NCBI GenBank assembly: GCA_964636285.1 | Contig: CAZWQF010000001.1 | Span: forward strand, 76,908-140,907 | DNA: 64,000 nucleotides | Direction of reading: 5' to 3' | Source of the DNA: an uncultured Candidatus Saccharibacteria bacterium | GTDB taxonomy: Bacteria > Patescibacteriota > WWE3 > UBA101185 > 2-01-FULL-41-18 | Shown: positions 56,604 through 64,000 of the stretch, one piece after another | Layout of the letters: each line of letters opens with the position of its first letter | Numbering within the stretch: position 1 is the first letter of the stretch | The notes under the pieces: generated by a model | Database searches by the model: none | What the model was told of the DNA's origin: nothing | The model's input: only the letters and a program-made list of their open reading frames with translations | Translations under genes and position numbers: made by a program

Positions 56604-57641
56604 ATGGATTCGTTAAGCCACTTAAATAAAATACTTCTGGAAAACAAAAAGATTCTTGTTAGAGGTGATTTAGATGTTCCTGTTAAAGAGGGAAAAGTTG
56701 TTGATGCTTCAAGACTTGATGCTTTGAGGGAAACGCTCGATTATCTTCTACTTAGGGGAGCTAAGGTAGTTCTCATGGGCCACATGGGAAGGCCAGACGG
56801 AAAAGTTGTTGAAGAGTTGAGGCTAAATCCAGTAGCTGATTATCTTAAATCCCTTGGATATCCTGTTATAAAAGTTAATTCTGTTCTAGGATCTGAAGTC
56901 ACAGAAAATTTAAAGATCCTAAATCAAGGTGAAATACTTCTACTTGAAAACTTAAGATTTGATCCTAGGGAAGAAAAGAATGATGAGCAATTTTCTACCG
57001 ATCTTGCCTCGTTAGGTGATGCCTTTGTAAATGAATCATTCGCTACATCACATAGAGCACATGCCTCTACTTACGGCATAGTTTCAAAGATTAAATCATA
57101 TGCAGGAATAAGGCTCTGTGCAGAAGTAGAGAACATTTCAAAAGCTATCCAAAATCCTGAAAGTCCTGTAGTTGCAATATTGGGCGGAGTAAAGCTTGAA
57201 ACAAAGCTACCTGTAATTGCTAGATTTTTATCTATAGCAGATTACATCTTGCTTGGAGGAAAGCTAGGTTTAACTTACGAAGGGGACAATAATTCAAAAA
57301 TCTTGGTACCAATAGATTATTCATCCGATAATCTTGATATTGGACAAAAAACTGTCCCAATGTTTGAAAATGTAATTAAGATTGCCAAGACCATTATTTG
57401 GAATGGCCCTATGGGCAAGTTTGAGGATCCTAACTTTTTACATGGTACAAAGAAAGTTGCTGAGGCTGTGGCAGAGTCTGGAGCCTTCTCTGTAGTTGGA
57501 GGCGGTGACACAATAGAGGCTTTGAATCATGTGGGACTTCTTGATAAGATGAGCTTTGTTTCAATGGGCGGAGGTGCCATGCTTGAATTTATTGCAGGCA
57601 ACAGGCTCCCTGGCCTTGAAGCATTAGGCTATTATGGTTAA
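56604..57641 (+). CDS. pgk: Phosphoglycerate kinase (compact)
   Basis: VRGDLDVP, HMGRP, LLENLRF, HRAHAS, WNGPMG, GGGDT, GGGAMLE. Confidence 0.95.
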   Translation: MDSLSHLNKILLENKKILVRGDLDVPVKEGKVVDASRLDALRETLDYLLLRGAKVVLMGHMGRPDGKVVEELRLNPVADYLKSLGYPVIKVNSVLGSEVTENLKILNQGEILLLENLRFDPREEKNDEQFSTDLASLGDAFVNESFATSHRAHASTYGIVSKIKSYAGIRLCAEVENISKAIQNPESPVVAILGGVKLETKLPVIARFLSIADYILLGGKLGLTYEGDNNSKILVPIDYSSDNLDIGQKTVPMFENVIKIAKTIIWNGPMGKFEDPNFLHGTKKVAEAVAESGAFSVVGGGDTIEALNHVGLLDKMSFVSMGGGAMLEFIAGNRLPGLEALGYYG

Positions 57642-57915
57642 AAAAATCCTTAGGATTTCGGCACCTGAAAAGTGCATTGGCTGTGAGCTATGCGTATTTG
57701 CAGTCCAGCGAATGCTTAATAAAGTTGGGGTAGCCTCAACTCCCATTAGAATTCTAACGAGTGGTGATAAATTTAGTATTCATGTTGACCCTTCGGTAAA
57801 TGAGCTAGATATCAAAAAAATAACTGAAATCTGCCCTAAAGGTTGTTTCTCTGTTGAAGAGGCTGCAGCTCAAGATGGGCCTGAATTCTCGTTAAGGGAG
57901 GATAAAGAAGAATGA
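57634..57915 (+). CDS. Single-cluster 4Fe-4S ferredoxin-like protein
   Basis: CIGCELC ... ICP. Confidence 0.8.
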   Translation: MVKKILRISAPEKCIGCELCVFAVQRMLNKVGVASTPIRILTSGDKFSIHVDPSVNELDIKKITEICPKGCFSVEEAAAQDGPEFSLREDKEE

Positions 57916-58787
57916 ACCTAAGTAGCATTAATATTTTGCACATAGATCTAGGTAGAAGGACCTTTACTTCAAAGTCGTACCCAGAGCTTAGGAAGTACAT
58001 TGGAGGGGTTGGCCTTGCCTCTAAGCTTGTATTAGATCATCTGGATACATTACCCGTTGTTTTTAGTACAGGGCCTTTAAATGGCCTTTTCCCATTCGCC
58101 TCAAAAACATGTGCTGGTTACATACAAAACAATAGATTTGTAGATTGCTATGGCGGTGGCAGGCTTTCTACCAGAATAAATTTAAGCGGTTACGACGCTG
58201 TTATTTTTGATGGGGTTTCCATTGAGCCTCTATCAATAGTTGTAAATGAGAAAGAAGTGAGCTTTGTTAGCTTTGAAATAAATCCAGAAACACTCGGGGT
58301 TCCAGGTAGAAAAAGCTTAGTAAGTGCAACGAACCAAGGTGTTCAAGTTGATAAGTACTTTTATTTTGGAGACAAAGCTTTGGCGGAGAGGCTTAAGGAG
58401 AAGGGTGTCTACAATTTTGTAATCTCAGCAACAAACGATACAGCTCTGCCAAACAAAGAAAAATACGAAAAAATGTACTACGAGGTTCTTGGAATGGTAA
58501 ATAAAATGCTTATAGCTCCGGGCAACCATCCTTCCTGTTCCGGGTGTCCAATGGGTTGTGAAAAATCTCATGAAGGTGAGGTGGGAGGAAGCGTTCTTGT
58601 GCATTCTCTAGTGGGATGCGGTTACGCTGAGATGATTTATAGCAGTGTGTCTTTAGTATTTGGATGTCTTAACAGTCTCGGGTACGATTATGTTCACGAA
58701 GACCTTGAGGCTTTGAGTAATCTTGTTTATTCTAATATCAATGAAATTAATGAAAAATTATCTAATAGCCAATTGGAAAGAAAATAA
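57912..58787 (+). CDS. Miniaturised aldehyde:ferredoxin oxidoreductase (AOR/GOR) family protein
   Basis: ILHIDL, YIGGVGLA, TGPLNG, GGGR, GYDAVIFDG, CSGCPMGC, SLVGC. Confidence 0.75.
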   Translation: MNLSSINILHIDLGRRTFTSKSYPELRKYIGGVGLASKLVLDHLDTLPVVFSTGPLNGLFPFASKTCAGYIQNNRFVDCYGGGRLSTRINLSGYDAVIFDGVSIEPLSIVVNEKEVSFVSFEINPETLGVPGRKSLVSATNQGVQVDKYFYFGDKALAERLKEKGVYNFVISATNDTALPNKEKYEKMYYEVLGMVNKMLIAPGNHPSCSGCPMGCEKSHEGEVGGSVLVHSLVGCGYAEMIYSSVSLVFGCLNSLGYDYVHEDLEALSNLVYSNINEINEKLSNSQLERK

Positions 58788-59421
58788 AACACTAAAAGAA
58801 GTTCAGGACTTCTTTGAAAAATTCGCAAAGATTTACAAACCTGTTGAGGGGCTTGAGGTGGTTATTTGCCCTTCGTTTCCATATTTAGCAGAAGTAAAAG
58901 CTCAGATAGAAAAATATGGGCTCAAAAATGTGAATTGCGGTGCTCAGGATGCCTCTGTGTATAAAGAAGGGTCCCACACTGGTGAGGTGTCCCCACTACA
59001 AATAAAGGATTATTGTGACTATGTGATTCTAGGTCATAGCGAAAGGGCTGAATCATTTAATCTTATTCTAGAAAAAATTTCTGGATGCCATTCGGCTGGA
59101 TTAACGCCTATTATCTGTTTAAGTGCGCCTGAGGAGTTTATGTACGATTTTATTCAAGAGAACGTACTCCTTGTTTGGGAGGATCCTTCAAACATTTCAA
59201 AAGACGGCGTTTTCCGTGTAAAATCTGAAAGCGAGTTTGAGGTTGGGGTAAAAAAGATTAAGGATGAAATGCCAACTGATAGGCCATTGATTTACGGGGG
59301 TTCTGTAAATCAAGATAGCGCTGATATGATGCTAAAGAATGAAAGCATCAAAGGTTTTCTTGTAGGTAAGGCAAGTTTAACCCCTGAAACCTTCAACAAT
59401 CTTGCACAAAAATTTAACTAA
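58750..59421 (+). CDS. tpiA: Triosephosphate isomerase (divergent lid loop)
   Basis: ANWK, GAQD, TGEVS, GHSER, YGGSV, FLVGKASL; start at 58741 or 58750. Confidence 0.9.
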   Translation: MKNYLIANWKENKTLKEVQDFFEKFAKIYKPVEGLEVVICPSFPYLAEVKAQIEKYGLKNVNCGAQDASVYKEGSHTGEVSPLQIKDYCDYVILGHSERAESFNLILEKISGCHSAGLTPIICLSAPEEFMYDFIQENVLLVWEDPSNISKDGVFRVKSESEFEVGVKKIKDEMPTDRPLIYGGSVNQDSADMMLKNESIKGFLVGKASLTPETFNNLAQKFN

Positions 59422-59422
59422 T

Positions 59423-60496
59423 ATGAGATACGTTGACCTAGGTGCTGTGAATGCTATGAATGAAAAGCGAAAGCAGGAGCAGCAAACCCACAAAAGAAAA
59501 TGGTGGAAACTTCTTTTTATAGTTCCTGTTTTTGTGGTTCTATTTTTGGTGGTGAACGCAATAAGAAAAGAGGGCTTGGCAGCGCTGCTTAATCCAGTTT
59601 CTATTGTGTCTGATTTTGTATCCCCATCTAAACTCGCGGAAGCAGATGGACGAACAAATGTGCTCGTCTTAGGTTTGGACAGAAGGTCTTACCAAAAAAC
59701 AGGAGGTCTAACGGATACTGTTTTGGTAGGTTCTGTAAGTAGATCCTCAAAGCAGGTAGACATGATTTCACTACCAAGGGATTTATGGGTTGAAGCTCCA
59801 GGCGGGACTAGAACAAAAATTAATGGCGTGTATGCACTTGAGAGTAGGGAGTCCCTGGAGAAAGTAGTGCAAGATGTTACGGCACTTCCAATTCATTACT
59901 ATGTGATAGTTGATTTTGCGGTTTTTGAGAAGGTGATAAATGTAGTTGGTGGTATTGATGTTAATGTTGAGAATTCGTTTGATGACTTTGAGTACCCCAT
60001 TGAAGGAAAAGAAGATGCAATGCCAGAAAGCGAAAGATACTTACATGTTCGTTTTGAAAAAGGTCTTCAGAAAATGGATGCAAAAACGGCTCTAATTTTT
60101 TCAAGGTCTAGGCATGGTACAAACAATGAGGGTACTGACTTTGCAAGGGCAAAGAGGCAGCAGCTTGTCATTAAAGCTGTTTGGGATAAAGTTTTGTCAC
60201 TTGAGACTCTCTCAAACCCTATGAAGATAAAAGAGCTTTATGACACGTATAAAGACTCGATCGATACAAATATTGGGCTTGCTGAGGGTCAAGAATTTTT
60301 TGAAATTGGAAAAGAAATTGGATTTAGTAATGTGAAATCGCTCGTTCTTGATGATAGAAGCACAGAAGAAGAGGGCGGGCTTTTATATGCCCCACAAGAT
60401 AGAACACTATATGGCGGGGCTTACGTACTTATTCCAAAGTCAGGTGATTATTCACAAATCCATGGGTATATTCAAAAACTTCTGTTTAGCAAATAG
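59423..60496 (+). CDS. LCP (LytR-CpsA-Psr) family glycopolymer transferase
   Basis: NVLVLGLD, TDT, SLPRDLWV, SRSRH, DFARAKRQQ. Confidence 0.92.
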   Translation: MRYVDLGAVNAMNEKRKQEQQTHKRKWWKLLFIVPVFVVLFLVVNAIRKEGLAALLNPVSIVSDFVSPSKLAEADGRTNVLVLGLDRRSYQKTGGLTDTVLVGSVSRSSKQVDMISLPRDLWVEAPGGTRTKINGVYALESRESLEKVVQDVTALPIHYYVIVDFAVFEKVINVVGGIDVNVENSFDDFEYPIEGKEDAMPESERYLHVRFEKGLQKMDAKTALIFSRSRHGTNNEGTDFARAKRQQLVIKAVWDKVLSLETLSNPMKIKELYDTYKDSIDTNIGLAEGQEFFEIGKEIGFSNVKSLVLDDRSTEEEGGLLYAPQDRTLYGGAYVLIPKSGDYSQIHGYIQKLLFSK

Positions 60497-60505
60497 AATA
60501 CAATT

Positions 60506-61201
60506 GTGATTTACATAGTGCACGGAGAAAATCAGATAGCCTCAAGAAAGGAAGCTTTAAGAATTGCAAGTAGCGAAGGGGCTTCTGTTGTAGAAATGAG
60601 GTCTGTAGATCATGATGTTTCACAGGTAGCAGGCAAGTTTTTTTCCTCAGATCTTTTTAGTTCTAAAATCAGCCTAATTTTTAACATGACAAAGGATAAA
60701 AACTTTGATTATAAAGAACTGATTCAAAGATTTCTCACAACCGAATCAAACAATAATTTTATTTTTTATTCCTCGGCTTTGATTGAGAAATCAAACCCTG
60801 TGCTTAAGGCTGTGGGTGAGCTTAAGGCATCTATGAGAGAGTTTAAGGATGACCAGAAGCAAAGCGTGTTTGCATTGATAGATGCACTCATGGAAAAGAA
60901 ACGAAAAGACTCATATAACAGACTTGGTGAGCTCCTAGATGCCAATGAGGATGAGTTTGAGATTTTGTCTATGATGGTGTTTGGGCTCAGAAACCTAGCA
61001 CTCTTTCACTTTGAGGCTCCTTCGTTTTCAAAGTTGCATCCTTTTGTTCAGCAAAAAACTACAAAACAGGCAAAAAACTTTTCAAAGACAGAGATTGTAG
61101 ACCTTTATGAAAATCTTTATACGTTTGATCTAGAAACTAAAACAGGGAAGAGGTCGCCTGATATGGCACTTTCCCTTATGATAGAAAAAATTGTAGGCTG
61201 A
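60506..61201 (+). CDS. holA: DNA polymerase III delta-like subunit (shortened)
   Basis: IYIVHGEN, VFALIDAL, LHPFV, DLETKTG. Confidence 0.7.
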   Translation: MIYIVHGENQIASRKEALRIASSEGASVVEMRSVDHDVSQVAGKFFSSDLFSSKISLIFNMTKDKNFDYKELIQRFLTTESNNNFIFYSSALIEKSNPVLKAVGELKASMREFKDDQKQSVFALIDALMEKKRKDSYNRLGELLDANEDEFEILSMMVFGLRNLALFHFEAPSFSKLHPFVQQKTTKQAKNFSKTEIVDLYENLYTFDLETKTGKRSPDMALSLMIEKIVG

Positions 61202-61203
61202 CC

Positions 61204-61914
61204 ATGAATAAACTTCTTGCCAAAATTAACCCAAACTTTTTTGCAGTTTCTTTTATTGGTCCTTTTGTGCTGTCGCTACTTGGAATTTTATTAATTATGG
61301 TGTTTGTAGTCCTTCCATATGTTAACCTCAACATAGAATCCGTTATGGCTTCTCCGATTGTACCGGGGTATTTTAAGGACGCTTCGGGGTTTAAGGCCTT
61401 TTCTTTTTCGGAATTCTCAGGACATAAAAAGCCGGAGTATAAGCCTGTTACACATTCTGTGGCCGGTGTTAATTCAACACCAAAAATTTTTACAGTCTCA
61501 GTTCCAAAATTAGGAATTAAGAATGCAAAAATTGAAACGGACTCAACAGATCTTAGTCCGGACCATGTTTTAGGCCACTACAAAGGCACTGCATATCCAG
61601 GCGAAGAGGGGAATGCTCTAATTTACGGTCATTCAGTTCTACCTGTGTTTTACAGTCCTCAAAATTACAAAACAATATTTTCAACATTACCTAGTATGGT
61701 TGAAGGAGATAAGTTTAGCGTTAGTTTTGCTGGAAGTAACTTTGAATATAAGGTTGTTAAGAAGATGAACATGAAACCAGAGGAAGTAGAAGTTTTTGAT
61801 CCTAACCCTGCAAAGCTTGGTAAAAAGACATCAACAGTGACCCTTCTGACATGTGTACCTCCAGGTTCAAAAACATATAGGTTACTTGTTGTCGGAGAGA
61901 TGGTTAAAAAATAA
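61204..61914 (+). CDS. Sortase
   Basis: VPKLGI, GHYKGTAYPG, IYGHS, TLLTC, RLLV. Confidence 0.92.
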   Translation: MNKLLAKINPNFFAVSFIGPFVLSLLGILLIMVFVVLPYVNLNIESVMASPIVPGYFKDASGFKAFSFSEFSGHKKPEYKPVTHSVAGVNSTPKIFTVSVPKLGIKNAKIETDSTDLSPDHVLGHYKGTAYPGEEGNALIYGHSVLPVFYSPQNYKTIFSTLPSMVEGDKFSVSFAGSNFEYKVVKKMNMKPEEVEVFDPNPAKLGKKTSTVTLLTCVPPGSKTYRLLVVGEMVKK

Positions 61915-61915
61915 A

Positions 61916-62245
61916 TTACTTTTGTTCAGTAAGTGAGTTTTGACAGTTGTTTGAGATTTTTCCTAGGCATATATTGAATTTCTCAATCTTAGAGACAATT
62001 GGCACTTCTCTTTTGTGAATCTCTTTTATTTCCCCATCGCATTTATATGAACAGACTTCTCCAAAGCTACCATCCTCTGGCTTAGACTCTGTAGAATCTG
62101 AAATATCCCAATAAAAAGTGACACCTGGAAATACTGTTGTAGATGGAAAAACTATAATTCTGAATGCTAGGACGATTGCTACTATTGAGAGGGCAACTGC
62201 AATCAATTTGTTTTTACTACTTTGCTCCCTATTCTTTGTAGCCAC
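61916..62245 (-). CDS. Single-TM hypothetical protein with four Cys
   Basis: N-terminal TM; starts 2 nt after the stop of the upstream gene. Confidence 0.6.
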   Translation of the reverse strand: MATKNREQSSKNKLIAVALSIVAIVLAFRIIVFPSTTVFPGVTFYWDISDSTESKPEDGSFGEVCSYKCDGEIKEIHKREVPIVSKIEKFNICLGKISNNCQNSLTEQK

Positions 62246-62247
62246 GG

Positions 62248-62907
62248 TTAGATTCTTTCTCTAATCTTTCTCTCAAATGATCTAATTGCAGCCTTCCTGG
62301 ATTTTTCCGATCCAAGGTAGACTCCATAGAAAACAAATGCAAGTCCTGTGATTATAACTGCAGCCATTGAGCTTGAACCTGTGGTTGGGGTTCCTCCAAC
62401 TGTAGCCTCTTTTGTAGTCCCTGCAAGAACTGCAGGTTTTTGTGTGGGCGTATCTTGGGTTGAAGTCCCAAGAACTGCGGTTTCCTCTGTGCTACTTGCT
62501 GTAAGTCCTCCAAAAACAGATGTTTGTTGTGCTGCTGCCTGTAATGGCACATCCTCAGCTTTTTGGGCTGGGGCTTGTATTGCGGTAGGCACTGGAGTTG
62601 ACACTGGGGTTGGAGTTGGCGTTACTTTTGTTTCCGAAAAGTCTTCGGCCACATCCTGAGCCATAGCCATCTCTTTTGGTGCCTCTACTTTTTCTTTTGT
62701 GCTATCTGTAGCAACAACATCTTCGGGTGTTGTAGTGTCTGGTCTTCCCAAAGAGTTGGCACTCTTATTATTGTACGAAAGCTGATTGTCTTGTGCTTTG
62801 GAGTTTAACGCGTTAACTGCAAAATATGCAGAAAAGTAAATACCAGCAGCAATGGCTACAGTGGCAACGAATGAAAGAAATCCCTTTTTTGCTTCAACAT
62901 TATTCAT
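62248..62907 (-). CDS. Low-complexity surface protein with probable sortase sorting signal
   Basis: N-terminal TM, Thr/Pro/Ala-rich body, TPTTG + hydrophobic helix + basic tail. Confidence 0.7.
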   Translation of the reverse strand: MNNVEAKKGFLSFVATVAIAAGIYFSAYFAVNALNSKAQDNQLSYNNKSANSLGRPDTTTPEDVVATDSTKEKVEAPKEMAMAQDVAEDFSETKVTPTPTPVSTPVPTAIQAPAQKAEDVPLQAAAQQTSVFGGLTASSTEETAVLGTSTQDTPTQKPAVLAGTTKEATVGGTPTTGSSSMAAVIITGLAFVFYGVYLGSEKSRKAAIRSFERKIRERI

Positions 62908-62914
62908 AGGCAGG

Positions 62915-63088
62915 TTATCTACTTAAGTTTTTTAGGCTTTCGACATCATTTTTTGTAACTTCAACTCTGTCAAAAGGTTTCACCGTAACACTAGTATCTG
63001 ATAGATACGGTGGATTCATTCTTATCCATACTAATAATACTACAGTTATTATAGTTGTCCATATTAGAATGATAGAATCCTTATTCAT
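62915..63088 (-). CDS. 57-aa single-TM protein directly after pilO (not in ORF track)
   Basis: MNKDSIILIWTTIITVVLLVWIRMNPPYLSDTSVTVKPFDRVEVTKNDVESLKNLSR*; exactly fills the gap between neighbours. Confidence 0.7.
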   Translation of the reverse strand: MNKDSIILIWTTIITVVLLVWIRMNPPYLSDTSVTVKPFDRVEVTKNDVESLKNLSR

Positions 63089-63089
63089 A

Positions 63090-63671
63090 TTACTTTGATA
63101 AATAGTATATTACAAGAGTCATATCAACAAGCCCTTGATCTTCTGTACTTTCCTGAGAAACACTAAGCGCTTTTATACCTATGAACCTTGTATCTTCTTC
63201 TAATGCTTTCACCAGTTTTAGCGCATTTTGAACGTCTCCCTTGAAGGCAACCTTTAGCTTTGTTTCTTCATATTGCCCGTTTTTATTTAAATTTGGCTCT
63301 GGGGTCAATGAGTCCAGTTGTATACCTGCAACCGCCGCTGTATAAGATAGATGCTCCATAAAATCAGGAAGTCTGCTGTCCTCTGGGATTGAATCTTTAA
63401 GTTTATTTCTATTTACGGATGCCTCTTGAAGTAGAGGTTTAAGACTTTGAATATTTCCCAAATAATCGTTTATTGATTCTAGCTGCGCTTTTCTTGTTAC
63501 AAGATTTGCATTCTTTTCATTCATTTCAGCAAGAGTTGGTTTAAATCCAAAAAAGTATAAAAGTATTATTACAATCACAACAATAAGAGATGTCATGGAC
63601 GCATACTTTCTTGGTTCGTAGAGGTATTCTCTTGTGTATCTACTCCAGTATCTAAATTGCTGTCTTTTCAT
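63090..63671 (-). CDS. pilO: Type IV pilus alignment protein PilO-like
   Basis: TM, coiled coil, SIP..LPDFM, FKGD..LVKALE..RFI. Confidence 0.78.
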   Translation of the reverse strand: MKRQQFRYWSRYTREYLYEPRKYASMTSLIVVIVIILLYFFGFKPTLAEMNEKNANLVTRKAQLESINDYLGNIQSLKPLLQEASVNRNKLKDSIPEDSRLPDFMEHLSYTAAVAGIQLDSLTPEPNLNKNGQYEETKLKVAFKGDVQNALKLVKALEEDTRFIGIKALSVSQESTEDQGLVDMTLVIYYLSK

Positions 63672-64000
63672 TGCGCCCCCTTTGTATCAATCTCAACTCT
63701 AAATAGGTATTCTCCGCTCTGACTTAAAAGAGTAGCAGACTCTAAACTAATTTGGCTAACTTTCTTGCTTTCAAGAAATGCAATTACTAGTTTTGCAAAA
63801 TATTCGCTTTTAGGCGTTGAAAGGGTGAGTTTAATTTTTCCAGGAAAATAGGTTAGTCCTTTTACAATGACTTCTTGAGGTGTTCTTTGATACACCAGTT
63901 CTATGTCACCTTCTATCTTGGGGTTTGATACTTTAACAGATTTAAAGGCGTTTATTCCAGCAGAAAGGGCTCTTGCGTCTTTTTCAACTGACTCTGCTTC
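63668..64000 (-). CDS. PilN-like protein, 5'-truncated by window edge
   Basis: Frame open to the window end; TPQEVIVKGL pattern; ATGA overlap with pilO. Confidence 0.6.
   Translation of the reverse strand, partial: EAESVEKDARALSAGINAFKSVKVSNPKIEGDIELVYQRTPQEVIVKGLTYFPGKIKLTLSTPKSEYFAKLVIAFLESKKVSQISLESATLLSQSGEYLFRVEIDTKGAQ

Noticed and set aside
2373-62659. Numerous 60-125 aa antisense or alternate-frame ORFs in the track (for example 7227..7592, 25237..25560, 33372..33749, 52217..52561)
   Set aside because: Shadows of well-supported genes, with no start signals or motifs
1-64000. CRISPR array, IS element, prophage or rRNA
   Set aside because: No regularly spaced direct repeats, transposase, integrase, phage structural gene or rRNA signature seen by eye

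Overview
Gene-dense, AT-rich bacterial chromosome segment in genetic code 11. Gene content and compactness suggest a reduced Patescibacteria/CPR genome, probably Microgenomates/WWE3-like; this is inference, as no rRNA is in view. The backbone is housekeeping: smpB-tmRNA, tsaD, valS, rplY, groESL with a CIRCE-like operator, tRNA-Cys, tmk, tatD, uppS, two UvrD-family helicases, rsmA and trx-gap-pgk-tpi. It also carries a monoderm-style envelope toolkit (three FemABX paralogues, DD-carboxypeptidase, G5-3D protein, LCP, sortase plus a probable substrate, GT2, WecA-like, O-antigen-ligase-like, PilN/PilO). No CRISPR array, integrase, transposase or rRNA was found. Four things stand out. (1) A ferredoxin plus a half-sized AOR/GOR-family protein are wedged into the gap-pgk-tpi operon; the protein appears to keep all four Fe-S cysteines but to have lost the tungstopterin-binding segments. 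(2) About ten dispersed, GC-richer orphan expression units share one design (strong SD, mostly their own sigma70 promoter, long G-U-compatible 3' hairpin), whereas most backbone transcription units look leaderless. (3) A near-palindromic CCTATAG motif recurs at six of these units. (4) The largest such unit is a membrane operon headed by a two-headed M23 endopeptidase / lytic-transglycosylase protein. A decaying accessory patch follows tmRNA. All family calls come from motif reading, not database searches.
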